Notes under the pieces: model-generated
What the model was told of the DNA's origin: nothing
Seen by the model: the letters and a program-made list of their open reading frames with translations, nothing else
Databases searched by the model: none
Made by a program: the position numbers and the translations under genes
Part shown: in pieces, positions 10,710 to 20,631 of the stretch
How positions within the stretch are numbered: position 1 is the first letter of the stretch
How the letters are laid out: each line of letters begins with the position of its first letter
DNA from: Squalus acanthias
Taxonomy: Eukaryota
Length of the DNA stretch: 64,000 nt
Assembly: GCA_030390025.1 (NCBI GenBank)
Contig: CM059441.1
Span: 63,736,001 to 63,800,000, forward strand
Direction of reading: 5' to 3'

Positions 10710-12915
10710 CCAGTACTGAGGGAGCGCTGCCCTGTCGTAGGGGCTGTACTGAGGGAGCGCTGCCCTGTCGTAGGGGCTGTACTGAGGGACTGCTGTCCTG
10801 TCATAGGAGCTGTACTGAGGGAGTGCTGTCCTGTCGTAGGAGCTGTACTGAGGGAGTGCTGCCCTGTCGTAGGGGCTGTACTGAGGGAGCGCTGCCCTGT
10901 CGTAGGGGCTGTACTGAGGGAGTGCTGTCCTGTCGTAGGAGCTGTACCGAGGGAGTGCTGCCCTGTCACAGGAGCTGTATTGAGGGAGTGCTGTCCTGTT
11001 GTAGGAGCTGTACTGAGGGAGTGCTGTCCTGTCGTAGGAGCTGTACTGAGGGAGTGCTGTCCTTCGTAGGAGCTGTACTGAGGGAGTGCTGTCCTGTCGT
11101 AGGAGCTGTACTGAGGGAGTGCTGTCCTGTCGTAGGAGCTGTACTGAGGGAGTGCTGTCCTGTCGTAGGAGCTGTACCGAGGGAGTGCTGCCCTGTTGTA
11201 GGAGCTGTACTGAGGGAGTGCTGTCCTGTCGTAGGAGCTGTACTGAGGGAGTGCTGTCCTGTCATAGGAGCTGTACTGAGGGAGTGCTGTCCTGTCATAG
11301 GAGCTGTACTGAGGGAGTGCTGCCCTGTCGTAGGAGCTGTACTGAGGGAGTGCTGTCCTGTCGTAAGAGATGTACTGAGGGAGTGCTGTCCTGTCGTAGG
11401 AGCTGTACTGAGGGAGTACTGTCCTGTCATAGGGGCAGTACTGAGGGAGTGCTGCACTGTCGGAGGGGCAGTACTGAGGGAGTGCTGCACTGTCAGAGGG
11501 GCAGTACTGAGGGAGCGCCGCACTATTGGAGGGGCAGTACTGAGGGAGTGCTGCTCTGTCGGAGGGGCAGTACTGAGGGAGTGCTGCACTGTCGGAGGGG
11601 CAGTACTGAGGGAGCGCTGCACTGTCGGAGGGGCAGTACTGAGGGAGTGCTGCACTGTCGGAGGGGCAGTACTGGGGGAGCGCCGCACTGTCAGAGGGGC
11701 AGTACTGAGGGAGTGCTGTCCTGTCGTAGGAGCTGTACTGAGGGAGTGCTGCCCTGTCGCAGGAGCTGTACTGAGGGAGTGCTGTCCTGTCGTTGGGGCA
11801 GTACTGAGGGAGTGCTGCACTGTCGGAGGGGCAGTACTGAGGGAGTGCGGCACTGTCGGAGGGGCAGTACTGAGGGAGCGCCGCACTGTTGGAGGGGCAG
11901 TACTGAGGGAGTGCTGCTCTGTCGGAGGGGCAGTACTGAGGGAGTGCTGCACTGTCGGAGGGGCAGTACTGAGGGAGTGCTGCACTGTCGGAGGGGCAGT
12001 ACTGAGGGAGCGCCGCACTGTCGGAGGGGCAGTACTGAGGGAGCGCTGCACTGTCGGAGGGGCAGTACTGAGGGAGTGCTGCACTGTCGGAGGGGCAGTA
12101 CTGAGGGAGTGCTGCACTGTCAGAGGGGCAGTACTGAGGGAGCGCTGCACTGTCGGAGGGGCAGTACTGAGGGAGTGCTGCACTGTCGGAGGGGCAGTAC
12201 TGAGGGAGCGCCGCACTGTCAGAGGGGCAGTACTGAGGGAGTGCTGCCCTGTCGTAGGAGCTGTACTGAGGGAGTGCTGTCCTGTCGTTGGGGCAGTACT
12301 GAGGGAGTGCTGCACTGTCGGAGGGGCAGTACTGAGGGAGTGCTGCACTGTCGGAGGGGCAGTACTGAGGGAGCGCCGCACTGTTGGAGGGGCAGTACTG
12401 AGGGAGTGCTGCTCTGTCGGAGGGGCAGTACTGAGGGAGTGCTGCACTGTGGGAGGGGCAGTACTGAGGGAGTGCTGCACTGTCGGAGGGGCAGTACTGA
12501 GGGAGCGCCTCACTGTCGGAGGGGCAGTACTGAGGGAGCGCTGCACTGTCGGAGGGGCAGTACTGAGGGAGTGCTGCACTGTCGGAGGGGCTGTACTGAG
12601 GGAGTGCTGCACTGTCAGAGGGGCAGTACTGAGGGAGTGCTGCACTGTCGGAGGGGCAATACTGAGGGAGTGCTGCGCTGTTGGAGGGGCAGTAATGAGT
12701 GAACGCTGCAGTGTTTTAGGGGCAGTACTGGGGGAGCACTGCAGTTTTGTAGGGGCAGTACTGGGGGACCACTGCACGGTTGGAGGGGCAGTACTGGGGG
12801 ACCACTGCACGGTTGGAGGGGCAGTACTGAGTGAGCGCTGCAGTGTTGGCGAGGCTGTATTAAGGGAGTGCTGCACTGTTGGAGGGGCTGTAGTAAGGGA
12901 GTGCTGCACTGTCAG
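10710..12915. repeat. 33-bp minisatellite (about 67 units) expanded inside a SINE
   Basis: Unit gtactgagggagtgctgcactgtcggaggggca, variant gtactgagggagtgctgtcctgtcgtaggagct; 11-aa periodicity in the ORF track. Confidence 0.97.
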
Positions 12916-13243
12916 AGGTGCCTTGTTCACATGAGACGTTAAACCGAGGGCTTTATCTGCCCTATCAGATGGATGCAAAAGGTGCCACGGCCACTATTTC
13001 AAAGAAGAGCAGGGGAGTTCTCCCCGATGTCCTATGTCAAATATTTTTCCCTGAAACAAGATCAGTAAAAAAAAAACAAATGATCTGGTCATCATCACAT
13101 TGCTGTTTTTGAGAACTTGCTGTGCGCAAATTTTCTGCCATGTTTCCTCAATTACAACAGTGACTACACTTCAAAAGTGCTTTGGTACGTCTTGAGGGTG
13201 TGAATTATGGGTCTCAAGTCTCTGGAGTTGGACTCGAACCCTT

Positions 13244-14306
13244 GGGCTGGAATTTCCCCCCAGAAAAATGGGTGGGTTCGGAGCGTGGGTGCAGTTAAAT
13301 TGTTAAAAATGGGATTCCAGACCTGATCCGGCCTCCATCCGCCCACTTCCGGTTTTGACGGAGGCGGGAAGGGGGTGGGACGGGCTGCGGGTGACCAATC
13401 TGCTCCCAGGGGGTGGTACGTCAATTTAAATATTATAATGAGGCTGGAAGCCTCTTTTTTAACCGCCATTTTGTGTTCAACTGCTTGTGGATGGGTGAAA
13501 CCCGGCAGTAAAACCGAGGCGGGGACTGCTGCATCCAGGAGGGAAATGGCTTTATACCGACCTCCTGAACCCAAGGTCCCTACCTACCCCACCCAGCACG
13601 ATCGGAGACCCCCTCACGAGGCCTCTGATCGCCTTCCCAGGCCTCCGATCCCCACCCCCACTGGCAATGCTGAGGCCAGCCCCGATCCTCTCTCCCGCCC
13701 TGCCGAACCCCCTTTCCCCCACCGACTGCCGATCCCTGACACCAGCCCCTCCACCCCGCGATGCCTGCCCTGCATCTGAGGCCTACCCGCCCGCTACCGA
13801 TCCCCAATCCCCCGCCCCCCGTCGACCCCTCGACCCCTCTCCCACCAATCCACGATCCCTGACTGCCGCCCGCCCCCTCAATCCCTGACCATGCCAATCC
13901 CCGACAATCCTTCCGCAATCCTCGACCATGTTGATCCCCGACCCCCCATTCTCCCCCATCCGCGATTCCCCGATTGCCGACTGCTGACCCCCGCTCCCCT
14001 CGCGATCCCCGACTACGGACCCCCCCTGCCCCCACTGATTCCCGACTGCCGATTCCCCGACCGCCCCGGGGCAATTCTACCCCAGGACCGACCGCTCGCT
14101 CCTTCTCTGCATCTGAGGCCTACCCGCCTGCAGCCAGCCAGCCTCTCAAGCTGGCTGGCTGCGGGCGGGATTCCGAGGCCTCACATGCAAACCAGGCCCT
14201 GCCATTAAAGTCGGCAGAGCCTGTGGGAAACCCAGGCCTCCTGGGTTTCCCGCCTACCTCGGAGGTCCCCCGCCCCCAACACGCCTACCTGGAGAAATTT
14301 CCGTCC
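13244..14306. mobile_element. GC-rich putative Harbinger-type non-autonomous element inserted in a - strand SINE head
   Basis: Ends GGGCTGGAATTTCCCC / revcomp GGACGGAAATTTCTCC (12/16); interrupts SINE sequence gactcgaaccc|atgatcttctggctcag; C-rich ccccga-type interior. Confidence 0.6.
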
Positions 14307-14409
14307 ATGATCTTCTGGCTCAGAAGTGAGAGAGAGAGAGAGAGAGAGAGTGCTGCCCACTGATCCATGGCTAACACTAGTGAGACACTGGAATAATTTA
14401 ACCCTCTCA

Positions 14410-14600
14410 GCCCCGTTCTTTCATCGCCGCTGGGTCAAAATCCTGGAACTCCCTCCCTACCAGCACTGTGGGAGTACCTTCACCACAGGGACTGCAGCGG
14501 TTCAAGAAGGCAGCTCACCACCACCTTCTCGAGGGCAATAAGGGATGGGCAATAAATGCTGGCCTTGCCAGCGACGCCCACATCCCATGAACAAATACAA
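14410..14600 (+). mobile_element. LINE family B 3' tail
   Basis: ggactgcagcggttcaagaaggcagctcaccaccaccttctc...gggcaataaatgctggccttgccag, same as 49380-49480 and 56700-56800. Confidence 0.75.
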
Positions 14601-14643
14601 AAAATTGATGTGAGACTATCTTATGCTTCCATTTTCTTTGTAG

Positions 14644-14886
14644 GGTACGCAGAGCACAGTGGTTGTTGACCCCTGGAACACAACCAGTGACGCAAATAGC
14701 GAGGCAAAGAAACCAGTTCCCCAAGATTTCTCTGAAGGTCCGGTGGGAAAAGATGCTGGACATGGACAACCAGATAAGCACGAGGACCTTCTGTACGCCA
14801 ACATCAACTTCTTGAAGCTGCCCAGTGGTGATGGGACGGTCCACCGGGGCGAAGTCACGGAATACGCACGGATCAGATTCCAGTGA
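14644..14886 (+). CDS. Gene A terminal coding exon: cytoplasmic tail with ITIM and ITSM-like motif
   Basis: ttttctttgtag|GGTACG phase 0; GTQSTVVVDPW...HEDLLYANINF...EVTEYARIRFQ*; TGA ends at 14886. Confidence 0.9.
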   Translation, partial: GTQSTVVVDPWNTTSDANSEAKKPVPQDFSEGPVGKDAGHGQPDKHEDLLYANINFLKLPSGDGTVHRGEVTEYARIRFQ

Positions 14887-14901
14887 AACTGAGCACGAAA
14901 C

Positions 14902-15031
14902 GGGGTGAGGGGGGAGGGGTGAGGGGTGAGGGGTGAGGGGTGAGGAGGGAGGGGTGAGGGGTGAGGGGTGAGGGGTGAGGGGGGAGGGGTGAGGGGTGAG
15001 GGGTGAGGGGTGAGAGGTGAGGGTTAGGGTT
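14902..15031 (+). repeat. (GGGGTGA)n heptamer repeat, G-quadruplex-prone, immediately 3' of the gene A stop
   Basis: About 18 units of ggggtga with variants, ending gggttagggtt. Confidence 0.93.
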
Positions 15032-15097
15032 CGTAGAGTTTGATATTCCTGGTAACACCAGACAACCTGCTGGGGGAGATATTGGGCACGGGGAAGT

Positions 15098-15550
15098 GTC
15101 AACCGTGGCTCAGTTGGTAGCACTCTTGCTTCTGAGTCAGGAGGTTGTGGGTTCATATTCCAACTCCAGAGACTTGAACACATAATCCAGGCTAATATTC
15201 CACTGCAGTACTGAGGGATTGCTGCACTGTCAGAGGTGGCGTCTTTAGGATGAGATGTTAAACGAAAGCCCAGTCTGCCCTCTCAGTTGGACAGAAAATA
15301 TCCAATGGCAGTATTTTGAAGAAGAGCAGGGGAGTTAGCCGTAGTGTCCTGTCCAATATTTATCCCTCAAACAACATCACAAAAACACATTATCTGGTCA
15401 TTATCACATTGCTGTTTGTGGGAGCTTGCTGTGTGCAAATTGGCTGCCGGGTTTCCTACATTACAACAGTGACTTCATTGGCTGTAAAGCGCCTTGGGAC
15501 CTCCTGAGGTTGTGAACAGCGCTGTATAAATGCAAGTCTTTCTTTTTCTT
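15098..15550 (+). mobile_element. Full-length Deu-domain tRNA-derived SINE (unexpanded copy)
   Basis: A box tggctcagttgg, B-box-like gttcatattcc, a single cagtactgagggattgctgcactgtcagagg unit, Deu core, L2-like tail ending aaatgcaagtctttctttt. Confidence 0.85.
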
Positions 15551-16409
15551 GACTGAAAGCTTTTGTACTTGGCGTGATTGGGATGAAATGCTTGACCACA
15601 GACAACTTGATGCTGACCCATTGGGACAAGAGATTAGAAGATCCGCCTCTCTCTGCACAAACACTTCTCAGGGAATTCTATAACACAGGAGGAGGCCATT
15701 TGGCCCATCAAGCCTGAAAGAGCTGTCCCCTTAATTCAGTTCCCCCACCCTTTCCCCCATTTGCCCATCGCCCCCGTGCTAGCTCTCTGAAAGAAATCTC
15801 CCCGTAGTCCCAATCCCGTGCCCTATCCCCATACTTTTAAAAAAGTTTCCTATTTCAAATATTTCTCCACTTCCCTTTTTAAATCTATTCTGGATTCTGC
15901 TTCCCCCAGTGTTCCTGGCCGGACATTCCATGACTCAACAAAAGACACTCTCTCTGAACATCTGGACAGTGTGCATTCCACAAAGGGAAGAACAGCTGAG
16001 AGAGGCCATTCGACCCATCGAGCTAAACACTCCACATAACCCCGGGACTCTCCGTCACACCATCCCTCCGCCTCGTGCACGAGGCCAAGGTTTTTGACCC
16101 CACTCCCCGACCTGGATCCAATCCCAGGTTTCGATCGCTCTCCATGAATTACTTCAGTCCTGAACTCCACATTTTCCTTCGCCCCACCATTGATGGCCGT
16201 GCCTTCAGGTGCCTAGGTCCTGAGTTCCGGAATTCCCTCCCTAAACCACTCCACCACTCTCTCCTCTCCTTTAAGACGCTCCTTAAAACCTAACTCTTTG
16301 ACCAAGCTTTTGGTCACCTGTCCGGACATCTCCTTCCGTGCTCGGTGTCAATTTTTTTCTGGTTATGCTCCTGAAAAGTGCCTTGGGACATTTTACTACA
16401 TTTTTTAAA

Positions 16410-18035
16410 ATTTGTTTTATGGGATGTGGGCGTCGCTGGCAAGGCCAGCATTTACTGCCCATCCCTAGTTGCCCTTGAGAAGGTGGTGGTGAGCCACCTT
16501 CTTGAACCGCTACAGTCCGTGTGGTGAAGGTACTTCCACAGTGCTGTTAGGGAGGGAGTTCCAGGATTTTGACCCAGCGACGATGAAGGATCGGCGATAT
16601 ACTTCTAAGTCAGGATGGTGTGTGACTTGGAGGGGAACTTGGAGGTGGTGGTGTTCCCATGTGCCTGCTGCCCTTGTCCTTCTAGGTGGAAGATGTCACG
16701 GGTTTGGGAGGTGCTGCCGAAGTAGCCTTGGCGAGTTGCTGCTGTGCATCTTGTAGATGGTACACACTGCAGCCACGGTACGTCGGTGGTGAATGTTTAA
16801 GGTGGTGGATGGGGTGCCAATCAAGTGAGCTGCTTTGTCCTGGATGGTGTTGAGCTTCTTGAGTGTTGTTGGAGCTGCATTCATCCAGGAAAGTGGAGAG
16901 TATTCCATCACACTCCTTACTTGTGCCTTGTAGATGGTGGAAAGGCTTTGGGGAGTCAGGAGGTGAGACGCTCGCCACAGAATACCCAGCCTCTGACCTG
17001 CTCGTGTTGCCACAGTATTTATGTGGCTGATCCAGTTCAGTTTCTCGTCAATGGTGACCCCCAGAATGTTGATGGTGGGGGATTCAGTGATGGTAATACC
17101 GTTGAATGTCAAGGGGAGGTGGTTAGACTCTCACTTGCTGGAGATAGTCATTGCCTGGCACTTCTGTGGCGTGACTGTTACCTGCCACTTATCAGCCCAA
17201 GCCTGAACGTCGTCCAGGTCTTGTTGCATTTGGGCATGGACTGCTTCATCATCTGTGGAGCTGTGAATTGCGCTGAACACTGTGCAGTCATCAGCAAACA
17301 TCCCCATTTCTGACCTTATGTTGGAGGGAAGCAGCTGAAGATGGTTGGGCCTAGGACAGTGCCCTGAGGAACTCCTGCAGCGATGTCCTGGGGCTGTGAT
17401 GATTGACCTTCAACCACCATCTTCCTTTGTGCTAGGTATGACTCCAGCCAGTGGAGAGTTTTCCCCCCAGTTCTCATTGACTTCAGTTTTACTAGGGCTG
17501 CTTGATGCCACACTTGCTCAACTGCTGCCTTGATGTCAAAGGTAATCACTCTCACCTCACCTCTGGAATTCAGCTCCTTTGTCCATGTTTGGACCAAGGC
17601 TGCAATGAGGTCGGGAGCTGAGTGGTCTTGGCGGAACCCAAACTGGGCATTAGTGAGCAGATTATTGGTGAGTAAGTGCCGCTTGATAGCACTTTCGATG
17701 ACACCTTCCATCACTTTGCTGATGATTGAGATTAGACTGATGGGGTGGTAATTGGCTGGGTTGGATTTGTCCTGCTTTTTTGGACAGGACATACCTGAGC
17801 AGTTTTCCACATTGTCGGATAGATGCCAGTGTTGTTGCTGTACCGGAACAGCTTGGCTAGAGGCATGGCTAGTTCTGGAGCACAAGTCTTCAGCACGATA
17901 GCTGGGATGTTTTCGGGACCCATAGCCTATGCTGTATCCAGTGCGCTCAGCCGTTTCTTGATATCACGTGGAGTGAATTGAATTGGCTGAAGACTGTCTT
18001 CTGTGATGGTGGGGACCTCAGGAGGAGGCCGATAT
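16410..18035 (-). mobile_element. LINE family B (CR1/Jockey-group non-LTR retrotransposon), 5'-truncated and degraded
   Basis: ORFs 17316-17885 (NYHPISLISIISKVME..QFGFRQ..DIKAA..GVPQGTVLGP) and 16696-17112 (LSTIYKAQVRSVMEYS). Confidence 0.9.
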
Positions 18036-19240
18036 GGGAGGCGCTATATAAATACAGGTTGTTTTTGTTGTAACATTGATTTGTGCAGTGTCCTAATGGA
18101 ACCAAGAGGGTCTTTCATCAAGGCGTGCAGTGTGTGGGCAATAAATGCGTTGCATGCCAACAAATAAACATGCCCTTTGAACCTGGTACACCCCAGCCCT
18201 TCTGTGTTGCCACATCATAACTGAGGTACTGCCTTACTGCATGCAGCCATCATGGTAGAAAAGTAATGAACAGACATGTAGCGCCACTCAACTTTGATAT
18301 CAGATCTGAACGTTCTTTTTGATTGTTGCACCTTTTTTATGCTGTGAAAGTTTGCAAGAAGCATATGGGTTATGCATAATATTACATTTATTAACACAAG
18401 GCATTAAAATGCTCAAACTGTTATGTACATTTATATCTATATTAAACATCTTACATCTGTGCACAATTCGTGTCTTCATAACCTTATTTCCTGTTGTCGC
18501 ATTTCCCCACATTGTGTAAATTCTAGTGGCCACATTTATAATGGAAACGCCTATGTAAACATGTCACACTGTATTTACACCGTCCTGCCAGAGGTGGCGC
18601 TGTAGTGTCGCAGTTTTGTATCTGAGAGGAAATCTTCCCACTGTGTTTATGATATTATTAGCACACAGGGAGTGGGGGAATCTTCCCACTCTGTTTACGC
18701 TGCTGTTAAGACAGGTACCAGGGGGCTCTTTCTGTTGTGTTTACATGGTTGTTAAGACAGAGGACTGGGGAAATCTTCCCTCCTCCTCTCAACTTGAGCG
18801 CAGGGCCAGGCCTAGCGGTGAGGGCAACCCCCGCTCCCCCACCCCCACCGCCACCTCCCCCCCCCCCCCCGTTCGTTTGGTCGGCCCTGCTCAAACTTAC
18901 CGGTCTTACACATAAAGAGTGGACACATAGCACAACTATCAAAGGGCTGCCCAGTGTCGTTCGAACAGAAAACCCCCTGATTATCAATAACCTGGTGAAA
19001 CCTTTCAGTTCAGTCCTAAAGCAAACATCTAATATTCACTTTATTATAAATGATTAGATGTCTTGACTGTGTCCATCAACGTTATCAGGTTATCGACTCC
19101 TATCTATCTCGTGAATCGTATTTAAAAGTCTTACATACAGAAAAAAAAGAGTGAAAGTGCATTAAGCGCAGTGACAGACATTCCGCCAAGCTTGAAAATA
19201 GGAAAGTACTTTCCCTTACATAGTTAAGTAGATTTACACA

Positions 19241-19330
19241 GGGTTACACAGAGTTACATTGAGTTACACAGAGTTACATTGAGTTACACAGACTGACATA
19301 GTGTTACACAGAGTTACATTGAGTTACATG
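19241..19330. repeat. 10-bp repeat (gagttacaca/gagttacatt) at the tail of a - strand CR1-derived fragment
   Basis: About 9 tandem units read directly from the sequence. Confidence 0.8.
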
Positions 19331-19581
19331 GAACCCACAGCACAGAAACAGGCCATTCAGCTCAACTGATCACTGTCGGTGTTTATGCTCCACACGAGCC
19401 TTCTCCCACCACTCTTCATCTCACCCGATCAGCATAACCTTCTAACCTTTTCTCCCTCATGTGTTTATCTAGCTTCCCCTGAAATGTATCAGTGCCATTT
19501 GCCTCAACCACTCCACATTCTCACCACTCTCTGGGTAAAGAAGTTTCTCCTGAATTCCCTATTGGATTTATTAAAGATTAT

Positions 19582-20334
19582 GGGCTAGAAATTTGGCTCC
19601 TTTGTGCCTGCCGGTAGCACCTCTGGGGGGCGCTAACAGGGCGCAAAAGGCTTATCACCCGGTGGGGGGGGGAGGAGAAAAAAGCGCCTCCTGAGAAATT
19701 CGGGGAATGTTGCGGAGGCGCTGCCCAATAGCGCTGCGCCAATGCTGTTAGCGCCCCGGGCCGCTGTGCAGCCAGCGATGACGTCATCGCCGTGTGAGGC
19801 TACCTCTTTGCGCCCTGCTGTGTCCACTCACCGACCCGCAGCAGGAATTTGACTGCCCGGCGAGGCTGCCACGGGCGATGTCAGCGCCAGCCTCACTGGT
19901 GGCGAACAGGGCCGACCTCCGCTGGCAGGGTGGTATTTAAAGGGAGGGTGCAGCCGCGACCTGCGTCGCCTTTTTTTTGGGCCGAGGTCCGGGTCGGCCC
20001 TCCGTGGTGGGCTGTGGCGTGCTCCTGGCCACGTCTCAGTGCTGGGCTGCGGCCGCGGCACCATGCCAGCCTGGTGGCCTAGTGTGGGCCATCGGAGGCC
20101 CTGCAGAGTGCGCAGCGTCCCTCCCCTTTAACTGAAGTGGAGGGGCGTTGAAACACAGAGCCTCTGCGGGGCACTGTCGATCGCGCCCCGACATCGCCTC
20201 CGTTACCGCCCCACCAGAAAGTGGAGCGCACAGGATTGGGCTCCACTACCTGTGCAGGCGGTAAACCGAATTTAGTGGCCGGGGCGGTACTTCCTTGCCA
20301 GGCGCCAAACGGGGCGTAACCGAATTTCGCACCC
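19582..20334. mobile_element. Harbinger-type MITE, family 2 (related to the coding Harbinger at 24866-28762)
   Basis: TIR GGGCTAGAAATTTGG vs revcomp GGGTGCGAAATTCGG (11/15); TAT on both flanks; interrupts a CR1 fragment; right end cgccaaacggggcgtaaccgaatttc resembles 28731-28757. Confidence 0.8.
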
Positions 20335-20631
20335 TATTTTATAATCATGGCCACTGGATTTGGACTCCACCACAAGTGGAAACATCTTCTCTATGTCTAT
20401 TGTATCGAACTCTTTCATAATTTTGGAGACTTCTATCAGGTCATCCCTCAGCCTTCTCTTTTCTGCGTTTCCTACATTACAACAGTGACTACACTTCAAA
20501 AAATAGTACTTCATTGGCTGTAAAGCGCTTTGGGACGTCCGGTGGTTGTGAAAGGTGCTATATAGATGCAAGTCTTTTTTTTAAAGATTAAATTTGGGTC
20601 ATGTAGAGCAGAGCATCAGAGAGCTCTCTTT

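Larger units (their letters stand above)
8316..13195 (+). mobile_element. Deu-domain tRNA-derived SINE (SacSINE1/AmnSINE1-like), split by a CR1 plus MITE insertion and carrying an internal minisatellite
   Basis: Head with A box tggctcagtggg and B box gttcgaagtc at 8316-8390; resumes at about 10664 (gacttgag...gacactctcagtgc); Deu-like core atgagacgttaaaccgagg...gaagagcaggggag at 12915-13040. Confidence 0.75.

Noticed and set aside
9998-10969. 323-aa ORF
   Set aside because: Chance read-through across minisatellite, SINE, MITE and CR1 sequence.
10676-12978. Long ORFs of 752, 670 and 538 aa (Cys-rich or mucin-like)
   Set aside because: They come from a 33-bp (11-codon) minisatellite inside a SINE, open on both strands, with no splice or domain evidence. 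The same applies to ORFs at 52166-52991 and 53765-54478.
1448-14886. Assigning symbol MAG, CD22 or CD33 to either gene
   Set aside because: Similarity to MAG is at motif level only, the tails differ and gene B lacks the essential Arg; orthology needs phylogeny and synteny.
15021-15031. Interstitial telomeric repeat
   Set aside because: Fewer than two TTAGGG units, at the edge of a GGGGTGA microsatellite.
18586-18602. CTCF site (ccagaggtggcgc)
   Set aside because: Needs a 1-nt gap to fit the core consensus; cannot be supported by eye.
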